A DNA stretch of 64,000 nucleotides from an uncultured virus (IMG/VR IMGVR_UViG_647533234_000003). Its lineage: Duplodnaviria > Heunggongvirae > Uroviricota > Caudoviricetes. The stretch lies in IMG/VR virus record IMGVR_UViG_647533234_000003; one strand, written 5' to 3'. The position numbers were made by a program, and so were the translations under genes. Below are positions 55,863-64,000 of the stretch, piece after piece (the first letter of the stretch is position 1; every line of letters begins with the position of its first letter). The notes below the pieces were generated by a model. The model had not been told where the DNA came from. It saw only the letters and a program-made list of their open reading frames with translations, and did not search any database.

Positions 55863-56960
55863 GGGAGCGTATCGAGTCGTGATCAATCTGCGGGATGTGC
55901 CTTCGTGGCACGGTCTGGTCCGGTAGACCGTCGTACGTGACGCGAGTGCAACTGACCGACCCGGAGTGGGATTTCATTGAGCCGTACCTGCCGATCGGCG
56001 AGTACGGCCCGTACCCCGAGCGGCTGCGGCAGCAGTTCGAGGGCGTGATCTGGCGGTTCAAGACGGGCGGCCAGTGGCGGGAGATACCGGCAGAGTTCGG
56101 CGCCTGGTCGACCGTCCACAACCGCTTCCGGCAGTGGCGTGACGCCGGGGTCTTCGAGGCCCTGCTGGAGGGCCTGATCGCGGAAGCCGCGAAGCGCGGT
56201 GAGGTGGACCTGTCCCTGGTCAGCATCGACTCCACCACCGCGCGGGCCCATCACGACGCGGCCGGCATGCACCTGGACGAGGAGGTCCTCACCGCTCTGG
56301 AGAAGGCTGCCGCCGAGGCGGAGAAGGCCAGGTCAAAGGGGGCGGCTGCGACGAACAAACCGGGCAGGAGGCCGGGAGCGATCCCGGGCGGGAAGAACGA
56401 CGGCGCGTCCGGCGCCGACGCAAACTCCGGCTGAAGGCCGCCCTGCTCGGACGCTCCAGGGGCGGGCAGACCAGCAAGATCCATGTCGCCGGCGACCGGA
56501 GGTGCCGCCCGCTGGCGTTCATCCTGACCGAGGGGCAGGCCGCCGACAGTCCGCAGTTCATCCCAGTGCTGGGGAAGGTACGGGTCCGCGGGCTCGTCGG
56601 CCGTCCCCGCACCCGGCCGGACGCGGTCGCCGCAGACAAGGCGTACTCGTCCCGCGGCAACCGTGCCCACCCGCGCAAACGCCGTATCAAAGCGGTCATC
56701 CCGGAGAAGAAGGACCAGGCCGCCAACCGGAACAAGAAGGGCTCCCACGGCGGCCGGCCCGTCAGCCACAACGCAGACCTCTACAAGGAGCGGAACACCG
56801 TCGAGCGTCTGATCAACAAGCTCAAGGCATGGCGAGGCATCGCCACGCGCTACGACAAGACCCCCGACAGCTACCTCGCCGGACTCTACCTACGCGCCTC
56901 GATGATCTGGATCAAGGACCTCACACGAGCAGCCTCTTGATCACAACCGAATACGCTCCC
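55863..56960 (+). mobile_element. IS5-family insertion sequence (~1.1 kb)
   Basis: 24-bp imperfect TIRs GGGAGCGTAT...GTGATCAA; inserted at CTAG with TA duplication. Confidence 0.9.
55937..56940 (+). CDS. IS5 transposase in two frames (probable -1 frameshift at AAAGGGGG ~56335)
   Basis: LTDPEW, W..VHNRFRQW, SIDST, GRSRGG.TSKIH, ADKAYS, YKERN.VER, IATRYDK. Confidence 0.85.
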
Positions 56961-57311
56961 TAGTGGTCCTGGGGTGCCGGTGCGCCGCCAGCGGCGCCAG
57001 TGGCCCGAGCAGAAGCCATTTCCGTAGTGGGGCAGGGCGCACCCCTTGACAGAGCAGCGGCTGTGCTGCTGCTTCACGAAGGCCGTTCCCGGATCGCCGG
57101 TCTTGGTCCAACGCTGGTAGTGCGCGGAACAGTAGCCCTTCGCCAGGTGCAAGCGGGGGCACCCGGGTACAGCGCAGGTACGCTTGAGCACATCGACTCC
57201 AACCAGTCGGTCGCGCCCCGGGGGTGTTCCCGCACCCGCCGGGGTTCTTCGTGCGCAATTCTACCGCGCTGCCCTGTAAGTGCCCTTGTCACGGCGCCTT
57301 TTGATGGTTAC

Positions 57312-57818
57312 TCACACAAGGTCGGCGGGGTCGATGCCGACGACTTCGTACCGCAGTTCCCCGCCCATCTCGACCTTCGCGGGGCTGTCGAGGCCGTGGA
57401 GGCGCCGGTAGCTCTCGCGGATCGCGCGCAGCTCCCGGAGCGCGGCGAGTTTCGGGCCGTCGTCGAGGAGGGGCTTGCCATCTTCACCGAGGACGAGGCG
57501 GCCGTGGGAGTGCGCGTAGTGGGTGCGCTCCAGTACGGCGAGTGCTTCTTCGGTGAGGGCGTCGAGGCGGGCGGCTTCGCGCTGGCGGAGCGCTTCGGCG
57601 TCGTCGGCGACGATCGAGTGGAGGGCGCGGCCCACGGCCTCGTGTGCGCAGGATTTCGACTTGAGGCCCAGCTCGTCGGCGATCTGCTGAAAGCTGCGGC
57701 CCTGGGCGCGCAGGCGCGCGGCGCGCGCGTCGCGCGCGGCACCTTCGGGTGTCCTGATGAACCGGCCGTTGGCGCCGCGTGGGCCGGCGCCCTCGGGGGT
57801 CTCTGCATCACTGGCCAT
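57312..57818 (-). CDS. terminase small subunit
   Basis: HTH RAQGRSFQQIADELG; DDGPKLAA...GLDSPAK; upstream of TerL. Confidence 0.75.
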   Translation of the reverse strand: MASDAETPEGAGPRGANGRFIRTPEGAARDARAARLRAQGRSFQQIADELGLKSKSCAHEAVGRALHSIVADDAEALRQREAARLDALTEEALAVLERTHYAHSHGRLVLGEDGKPLLDDGPKLAALRELRAIRESYRRLHGLDSPAKVEMGGELRYEVVGIDPADLV

Positions 57819-57874
57819 GACACGGAGTGTACGAGTGTGCGCCGACCGGCACCGTCCCGGTCGTCGCGCGGCGC

Positions 57875-58592
57875 CTACCCCATGCGGTAAGTCTGCGTGT
57901 CCTCCCACAGCTCCGCTGGCGTCACGCCGACTTCGCAGAAGAGCGGCGTGCCCGCGTGGTCCCGGGCGTAATGAAACGTTGTCACGACGGCTGCTGCCGC
58001 GGGAAGTCCGAGTGCCTCTGTCTCCGCCGCGATGGCCAGCCGGGCCATCGTCACGTCCGTGCCCTGTGCGGGCGCGCGACCGGTGCACTGCTGGATGTAG
58101 TGCGTGGTGCCCTCGGCCAGCGGGGCGGGCTCGGCGAGGCGCGGACACCGTGTCGAGACGGCGGGCGGGAAGTAGGCGTCGACGAGGGAGAGGGGGGGTG
58201 CCGTCCTCCAGGAGCAGCAGTCGCGTACGACGCAGGGCGGGGCCGTCGTCCGGGAGGCCGAGAGCGGCTGCGACATCGGCGGGCGGGACCTCCTCGGCGG
58301 GTGCGCCCAGGATGCGGTACGCGGTGGCCCCGGTGGTGCGCGCTCCCGGCCCTCGCCTGCCCGCCGGGCGGGCGAGGGGCTGCTCGGCGACCACGAAGCC
58401 CGCGCCTTGCCGGGCGACGACCGCGCCGTCGGTGCGGAGCACGTCCATCGCCTTCACGACGGTCGCGCGCGACACCCCCCATTCCTCGGCGAGGTCTCGC
58501 CCCGAGGGCAGGAGGTCGCCGGGCCCGAACTCGCCCTCGGTGATGCGCGCCCGCAGCGCGTCCACGATCTGCTCGTACTTCAGCACTGCCAC
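57875..58592 (-). pseudogene. GntR (HutC/UTRA) regulator with +1 frameshift in a C7 tract at 58192-58198
   Basis: KYEQIVDALR...LPS...GVSRATV...GAGFVV; UTRA half continues in another frame (LSLVDAYFP). Confidence 0.8.
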
Positions 58593-58788
58593 GGCAACCT
58601 CCGCTTGATTGGACCGGTTAACCGTCAAGGCAGACCGGCGCCGTACTGCCCGAGAAAGGGCGTGAGCGCTCTCGATGCGGGTGACTGCGGGTAATCGCTC
58701 CTTCGGGTAACTTGCCCTCGAGCAACCGCCTTTGCCCCCCTCGCTGCCGGTACGGTCCCGCCGTTCGAACCTGCCTACCGGAGGACCA

Positions 58789-59250
58789 GTGCACACCCAC
58801 TTCAAGAGGGCCGCGGCTGCCGCCTGCGGGCTCATCGCTGCGCTCGCGCTCACCTCCTGCTCCGGTTCCGCCCCGGCGACCACCAGCGACGCCGCACCCC
58901 GCAAGGCAAGCGGCGCTCCTGCTGCGACGAAGGAGGCGCCGGCCGCGAGCGCCGATGTGCGGATCGTGAAGAGCGGCGTGGAGGACCACCCGACGTGGGG
59001 GCCCGGCGCGTACGTCGTCCACTACGAAATCACGAACCACAGCACCGTTGCGGCGGGCTACTTCGCCCAGATCGAATTCCTGGACGCGGACAAGGACGTG
59101 CTCGGGACGACGGGGATCACGGCCGACAAACTAGGCGCCGGGAAGACAAGCACGGGCGACACGGCGCCGCTCGACGTCGAGATCCGGAACGGGAAGATGA
59201 CGGATATCCGCTCCGTGCGCGTGTCCGAGGTGGACCGCACGGCCAGCTGA
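58789..59250 (+). CDS. lipoprotein
   Basis: GGAGG RBS; lipobox LALTSC; Ig-like YEITN...IEFLDAD. Confidence 0.8.
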   Translation: MHTHFKRAAAAACGLIAALALTSCSGSAPATTSDAAPRKASGAPAATKEAPAASADVRIVKSGVEDHPTWGPGAYVVHYEITNHSTVAAGYFAQIEFLDADKDVLGTTGITADKLGAGKTSTGDTAPLDVEIRNGKMTDIRSVRVSEVDRTAS

Positions 59251-59265
59251 CCGGCCGGAAACGAA

Positions 59266-59302
59266 GGAGGCCCCGACAAGGGGGGGGATGTCGGGGCCTT
59301 CC
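59266..59302. terminator. stem-loop between convergent genes
   Basis: GGAGGCCCCGACA...TGTCGGGGCCTTCC. Confidence 0.65.
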
Positions 59303-59348
59303 GGGCGGACGATTCCAAGCCTAGCGCCATGCCGTGCTTGAGGGGCCG

Positions 59349-60077
59349 TCAGCGGGTGATGCGGAAGAAGTGGTCGTCGTCGTGACCGTTCGCGGTCAGC
59401 CCGGCGCAGGCGAGCGCCGTACGTGCCTGCGCACGAAGTAGGGCCTCCACCGAGTTCAAATCGAAGGGGTCCACCTCGTCGCTCCCGTGTGCGACCAGCC
59501 ACACGCCGTCGGCGTCCGCGTCGTACAGGTGCACGCCCGAGGTGTGGAAGAGGAAGTCGTCGTCGCCCAGGTACTCGATGTGGGCGAAGGGAACGCGGTG
59601 GGAGACCAGGGCGTCGTGTGCGACGTCCTGGATTGCCCTGCGGGGGGCGTTCGCGGTGTCGCGGATCTCGGCGAGGCGCTGGAGCTGCTGGCCGATCCCG
59701 AGGTTGAGGAGCGGCGCGGAGGCGTGCGGCCACACCTCTCGGGCGGCGGCCACGTAGTCAGCCCCGGCCAGGACGATGACCACCCGAGCATCCGCGTGGC
59801 CGAGGGCGGCGGCCTGGGCGCGGAGTTCGGCGGGTGTGACGGCGTCGGGGTCGGTGATGCGGGTCTCGTACGGGAGGAGCGGGGTGTCGAGACTGACGAG
59901 GCCGTGGCGACCGGACAGTACCTGGACGGTTCCTCCGTCGGCGGTGAGGGCTTCGGCGGTACGGCGGGCGGCGCGGTGGTAGCCGCCGGTGTAGAGGTCC
60001 CGGGCGGGGACGGGCTTCGGTGTGGGGAGCTTGCTCGCGGAGCAGGGGATGAGGACGAGGGGACCGGTGGTACGCAC
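59349..60077 (-). CDS. DUF6884/YaaA-like protein
   Basis: AAGGAG RBS; IPCSASK...ARDLYTG...VLSGRHGL...PYE...GIGQQL. Confidence 0.7.
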   Translation of the reverse strand: MRTTGPLVLIPCSASKLPTPKPVPARDLYTGGYHRAARRTAEALTADGGTVQVLSGRHGLVSLDTPLLPYETRITDPDAVTPAELRAQAAALGHADARVVIVLAGADYVAAAREVWPHASAPLLNLGIGQQLQRLAEIRDTANAPRRAIQDVAHDALVSHRVPFAHIEYLGDDDFLFHTSGVHLYDADADGVWLVAHGSDEVDPFDLNSVEALLRAQARTALACAGLTANGHDDDHFFRITR

Positions 60078-60130
60078 GTGGTTCTCCTTGGGCGAGGCCG
60101 GGCGCGCGTCGGGGCGCGCCCGGCGAGGGG

Positions 60131-60886
60131 CTAGAGGTCGGCGACGAGGACTGTCGCGTTGTCGGCGTACTGGCGGCCGTCGTCCTCGGACGTCTTCAGG
60201 GATGTTTCGACGGCGGTGTTCACGAAGCGGCGCGCGGCCTCGCCCGGCGTACCGGTGAGGAAGTCGGGAAGGGCGTGTCCGGAGTCCTCGTGAGGCTCGT
60301 ACGCGCCGTCGCTCGCCAGCAGGAGGCGCAGACCGGACGGGCCCGGGACCGTCGCAGTCTCGATGGCGGGGTGTCCGTACGCGCTCCGGACGGAATCGTC
60401 GTCGGAGGAGTCGCCGAGGTAGCTGGTGATGATGTTGCGGTTGCCGCCGTTGTGCGCGCTGCACGGCGGGTAGACGCGGCGGAGGTTGTGGTCCTGCGTC
60501 AGCCTGCGGGCAGTGCCCTGCTGGATTGCGTAAGCGCGGCAGTCTCCGGCCCACGCGATCGTGAGGGGCTTACCCGGGAGGTGGACGGCCACGATCGCGG
60601 CGGCGCTGGGCTCGTAGCGGCGGGTGTGGGAGTCCTGGCGCAGCGGGTCGGCGGCGTATGCCTTGTAGACGGCGCGCAGCCCTGCTTCGGCATTGAGTCG
60701 GCGGGCGGCGGCACGGGCGAGGCGCGCGGCTGCGATGCGGACCCAGTCGCGGATGTGGGGGCGGTCCCCGATGCCGTCGAGCACGACGTAGGCGCGGGCG
60801 CCGCTGACGGGGTCGGTACGGAAGGCTGTGGCGTCGCACTGGTTGCCGCGAAGGCCGATGTGCTGGGCGGTGGCGTAGGTGCGCAT
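60131..60886 (-). CDS. PP2C-like Ser/Thr phosphatase
   Basis: VLDGIG, WAGDCRAY, LTQDHN, LASDG, DNATVLV. Confidence 0.85.
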   Translation of the reverse strand: MRTYATAQHIGLRGNQCDATAFRTDPVSGARAYVVLDGIGDRPHIRDWVRIAAARLARAAARRLNAEAGLRAVYKAYAADPLRQDSHTRRYEPSAAAIVAVHLPGKPLTIAWAGDCRAYAIQQGTARRLTQDHNLRRVYPPCSAHNGGNRNIITSYLGDSSDDDSVRSAYGHPAIETATVPGPSGLRLLLASDGAYEPHEDSGHALPDFLTGTPGEAARRFVNTAVETSLKTSEDDGRQYADNATVLVADL

Positions 60887-61029
60887 CGTGAAGGTCCGAT
60901 CTGTGAGATGTGAGCGGCGGGCGGGCCGGTCAGCGCGTGGTGGCGGTGACGGCGACGGCGTCTTCGGTGCTGGTGATGTGGGTGCGAGCCATGGGTGTCT
61001 CCTCTGGCCGTTGGGGCCGTGCAGAGAAC

Positions 61030-61059
61030 ACGATATGCCTAAGCGTTAGGCAATGTCAA
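61030..61059 (-). promoter_or_regulatory. sigma70/HrdB-type promoter with operator palindrome in the spacer
   Basis: TTGACA-18 nt-TATCGT on minus strand; GCCTAA-GCG-TTAGGC at 61037-61051. Confidence 0.65.
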
Positions 61060-61200
61060 AACACTAGGCAATGTTGGGCGTGTTGGCGTAGCGAGTGAGT
61101 TGCAGGGACTGCGTGATCTCCCTCGCTCTCCTCACTCAACCGGGTGAGCGGCCGATAAAAGCGCGTGCGCACAGTCGAGCTGGGGCGGTACGTTCTCCTC

Positions 61201-61330
61201 GTCCAGGTGCGAAGGCGCGGGTTACTTCCACTGGTAATGGAGAGGTTGCGGGTTCGAATCCCGTCACCACCTCGGGTGGTGTAGCTCAACGGCAGAGCGC
61301 TTATTACCCGCTCCAACTCGATCTCTGGAC
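61201..61330 (+). ncRNA. YrlA-like Y RNA 1 (permuted tRNA-Thr(GGU)-like domain)
   Basis: Terminal stem GTCCAG/CTGGAC; GGTGCG...CGATC; arm order anticodon-T-closed acceptor-D; upstream of TROVE gene. Confidence 0.8.
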
Positions 61331-61342
61331 ACCACGCTTGCA

Positions 61343-61412
61343 CCTCCCGGTGCGCCGACACTGCGGCTACTTCTTCTGGTGAACCGCCGCACGTCACCTT
61401 GATCTCGGGAGG
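61343..61412 (+). ncRNA. minimal Y RNA 2 (Ro-binding stem without tRNA-like domain)
   Basis: CCTCCCG/CGGGAGG stem; GGTGCG...TGATCT; GCGG.TACTTC shared with Y1 and Y3. Confidence 0.65.
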
Positions 61413-61422
61413 CACCAGCACC

Positions 61423-61570
61423 GGGGCGCCCGGTGCGCCGACATGCGGATACTTCTGTCTCTCACACAGGGGACCCGGGTTCGAATCCCGGCGGCTCGAC
61501 CACGCGTCGGGTCGTGGTGCAGCGGCCCAGCATCCTCGTCTCCGCCGTCACTTCCGATCTAGGGCGCCCC
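61423..61570 (+). ncRNA. YrlA-like Y RNA 3 (permuted tRNA-Glu(CUC)-like domain)
   Basis: GGGGCGCCC/GGGCGCCCC stem; CCGGGTTCGAATCCCGG T-arm; closed acceptor; D-arm GTGCAGCGGCCCAGCAT. Confidence 0.8.
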
Positions 61571-61608
61571 CTGCTGCGCGCCTCCCCTCCCATGAAGGAG
61601 GGGTTCTC

Positions 61609-63258
61609 GTGTCCCGCTTCAACCGTCCCGCCGTCCGCACGGCCGCGACATCGCCGGTCGCCACCATCCCCGGCCCCGCACGCACGCACGAGGGCGGCGT
61701 CGGCTACGCCCGGGACCCGCGCGGGGAACTCTTCCTCCTCGCCGTCACCAACCTCGTCGGGCAGCGCACCTTCTACGAGGCGGCCGAGACGCGCGACGAC
61801 CGCTTCACCCAGCTCGTGCGCCACCTGGCCGTCGACGACCCGGTCTGGACGGCCGGCCTCCTCGGCTGGCTGCGCGGCGAAGGCAACCTGCGCACCGCCG
61901 CGCTCGTCGGCGCCGCCGAGGCCGTCCACGCCCGCTTGGAGGCAGAACGTGCCGCCTCCCTCCGCCCGGGGCCGACCGCCGTCACCGGCGCCGTCCCGTA
62001 CTCGAACCGCCGCCTCATCGCCTCCGTGCTCCAGCGCGCGGACGAGCCGGGGGAGCTGCTCGCCTACTGGCGGAGCCGGTTCGGCGCCCGCCTGCCCCAG
62101 CCCGTGAAGCGCGGTGTCGCGGACGCCGTCCAGCGGCTCTACACCGAGCGGTCCCTGCTCAAGTACGACACGGCCTCGCACGGCTTCCGCTTCGGGGATG
62201 TCCTGGAGCTGGTGCACGCGCGCCCGGCTGTCGACCGGCCCGCGCAGGGCGACCTCTTCAAGCACGCCATCGACCGGCGTCACGGCCGCGAGGGTGCCCC
62301 CGCCGCGCTCCCTCTCCTCGTCGAGCGGGAGCGCCTGGCCGCGCTGCCCGTCGCCAAGCGTCGCGAGGTGCTTCGCGACCCGGAGCGGCTGTCGCGTGCC
62401 GGGATGACCTGGGAAGCGCTCGCGGGGTGGCTCCAGGGCCCGATGGACGCGGCGGCGTGGGAGGCCGTGATCCCGGCGATGGGATACATGGCGCTCCTGC
62501 GCAACCTCCGGAACTTCGACCAGGCGGGCGTCCGCGACGAGGTCACCGAGCGCGTCGCCGCGCGCCTGGGCGACCCGGAGGAGGTGGCGCGCTCCCGCCA
62601 GCTCCCCATGCGGTTCTACTCGGCCTACAAGGCCGCGCCGTCGCTGCGGTGGGGGCACGCCCTGGAGAAGGCACTCGCCGCGGCGCTCTCCTCCGTGCCG
62701 GAGCTACCGGGACGGACCCTCGTCCTCGTCGACACCTCTACCTCGATGCAGGAGAACTTCTCGAAGGACGGGACGGTGGCACGCTGGGACGCTGCCGCGC
62801 TCTTCGGGATCGCCCTCGGGCAGCGCTGCGCGAGCGCTGACGTGGTGTCGTACTCCTCGGCGCGCTACTACCTGCGCGACGCGCCGGGAGCGAAGACGCG
62901 CGGCTTCCCGATGCGCGGCGGCGAGGCGCTGCTCCGGGCCGTCGAGCGATGGGACCGGGACGGATACTTCCTCGGCGGTGGCACGGACACGGCCGCCGCC
63001 CTGCGTGAGCAGTACCGGGGGCATGACCGCGTCGTGATCGTCACGGACGAGCAGTCCGGCGCCGACCCGACTGAGGTGGACCGGTCGGTCCCGGCGACGG
63101 TGCCGATGTACACGTGGAACCTCGCCGGGTACGAGCGCGGGCACGCGCCCTTGGGCAGCCCGGCCCGGCACGCCTTCGGCGGGCTCACGGACGCGGCCTT
63201 CCGGATGATCCCGCTCCTGGAGCGCGGGCGGGACGCCGCCTGGCCCTGGGAAGGCTGA
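61609..63258 (+). CDS. rsr: Ro60-related TROVE-domain RNA-binding protein
   Basis: THEGG.GY, TFYE, MTWE, MGYMALLRNLRN, RQLPMRF, vWA MIDAS DTSTSM, GGTDT, VTDEQ. Confidence 0.92.
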   Translation: MSRFNRPAVRTAATSPVATIPGPARTHEGGVGYARDPRGELFLLAVTNLVGQRTFYEAAETRDDRFTQLVRHLAVDDPVWTAGLLGWLRGEGNLRTAALVGAAEAVHARLEAERAASLRPGPTAVTGAVPYSNRRLIASVLQRADEPGELLAYWRSRFGARLPQPVKRGVADAVQRLYTERSLLKYDTASHGFRFGDVLELVHARPAVDRPAQGDLFKHAIDRRHGREGAPAALPLLVERERLAALPVAKRREVLRDPERLSRAGMTWEALAGWLQGPMDAAAWEAVIPAMGYMALLRNLRNFDQAGVRDEVTERVAARLGDPEEVARSRQLPMRFYSAYKAAPSLRWGHALEKALAAALSSVPELPGRTLVLVDTSTSMQENFSKDGTVARWDAAALFGIALGQRCASADVVSYSSARYYLRDAPGAKTRGFPMRGGEALLRAVERWDRDGYFLGGGTDTAAALREQYRGHDRVVIVTDEQSGADPTEVDRSVPATVPMYTWNLAGYERGHAPLGSPARHAFGGLTDAAFRMIPLLERGRDAAWPWEG

Positions 63259-63338
63259 GTGGGACGCGAGGGACCTCCGTCGTTCGGTGAGTCTCTCGCG
63301 CCTTCGGCAGGCTGGTCCTGCGCGGGCCGAGAGGCGGC

Positions 63339-63758
63339 CTACAGGGGAAGCTCGGTATCGAGGCGTACCTGACGGAAAGAGGGCCAGAGCCTGGCCAGTG
63401 TCACGTAGTCCTTGTCGACATGCAGCACGGTGAGCGACTCGACATGTGCAGTCCCGGCGAGTAGCAGATCGACGGGGCCGCAAGAACGATGCGCTCCGTG
63501 CTTCGTAAGTGCCTCTTGCATGTCACGTCCGGCATCGTAGGCGGCGGGTGTCGGCGTGACGGCAGAAAATAGCAAACCTAGTTTCTGTAGAAGTTCGTCG
63601 CGATCTCGCGCCTTCTGCGCTGAATAGCAGATTTCGAACTCGATAGGTGGAATGATCCCCACCTCGCCTCTGACGATGCAGTCCTTCCAGGCTGGGAAAA
63701 GGTCGGGAGACTTGAAGAATCTGACCACGGCTGAGGTGTCGATGAGATAGTTGATCAC
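63339..63758 (-). CDS. PIN-domain ribonuclease (VapC-like)
   Basis: YLIDTSA, E.CYSA, VDLLLAGTA, LHVDKDY. Confidence 0.9.
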   Translation of the reverse strand: MINYLIDTSAVVRFFKSPDLFPAWKDCIVRGEVGIIPPIEFEICYSAQKARDRDELLQKLGLLFSAVTPTPAAYDAGRDMQEALTKHGAHRSCGPVDLLLAGTAHVESLTVLHVDKDYVTLARLWPSFRQVRLDTELPL

Positions 63759-64000
63759 TCGCTCGATTCCGATCCCCTGGTCGCGGGTGAGTCGGTGGGC
63801 TCCACGCCAGATTCGCCGGTATCCGAAATGATTTGGTGAGCTTCTGCGACTTCCTTGGCCACTCTCAGTAGTAGATCCATTGCGGGTAGTGTGACCGTGT
63901 ATCCAACCTCGCCGTGGCCACTGCTTGCCTCGCTCGAACTCTTGAATTCCAGAGTCGAGGGGAGGAGCGAAGATGGGTCAGCGTAATCCAGTGAGCCTGC
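63755..64000 (-). CDS. partial ORF coupled to PIN gene (candidate antitoxin/partner)
   Basis: Open frame from window edge to TGA overlapping the PIN GTG (GTGA); same low GC. Confidence 0.5.
   Translation of the reverse strand, partial: AGSLDYADPSSLLPSTLEFKSSSEASSGHGEVGYTVTLPAMDLLLRVAKEVAEAHQIISDTGESGVEPTDSPATRGSESSE

Larger units (their letters stand above)
55315..57191 (-). pseudogene. endonuclease VII-type homing nuclease, split by IS5 and carrying an in-frame TGA (55837-55839)
   Basis: Zn-finger repeats on both sides of the IS are in frame after excision; C-terminal QEGGCAIC...IDHDH...RGLLC..CN. Confidence 0.8.

Noticed and set aside
57312..58904. Single 530-aa ORF as a genuine protein
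   Set aside because: Explained by a frameshifted GntR plus a separate TerS with its own ATG
61201..61570. Canonical tRNA genes
   Set aside because: Arms are permuted, the acceptor stem is closed by a loop and there is no free CCA end; better explained as Y RNAs

Overview
High-GC actinobacterial DNA, most likely Streptomyces, carrying most of a temperate siphovirus-like prophage or phage-plasmid. No integrase or att site is visible in the window. Left arm (1-15.5 kb): an XRE/TPR regulator with a GNAT partner, an ATP-dependent DNA ligase, a Rep-like protein with internal DnaA boxes, an antirepressor, a membrane-protein cluster, a NERD nuclease, an HD hydrolase and a nuclease lipoprotein. Two N-gaps and a low-quality poly-T stretch interrupt it. 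Centre (15.6-57.8 kb, minus strand): lysis, tail, head and packaging genes with unusually Cys-rich structural proteins. It is interrupted by morons, three HNH/EndoVII nucleases, an IS5, a Stealth-family transferase and an intact host-type murC. Right end: a frameshifted GntR, a PP2C-like phosphatase, a Ro60/TROVE gene preceded by three Y-RNA-like genes, and a PIN/VapC nuclease. Most notable: (i) Y RNAs built as circularly permuted tRNAs that keep Thr(GGU) and Glu(CUC) anticodon loops; (ii) a 17-bp leader element repeated 8 times just upstream of late structural genes; (iii) a 1726-aa protein whose Cys-containing repeat modules alternate between empty and carrying an inserted domain; (iv) murC inserted in the head module; (v) a MuF-2H phosphoesterase-protease head polyprotein. 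All product calls come from motif recognition and synteny by eye, not database searches.
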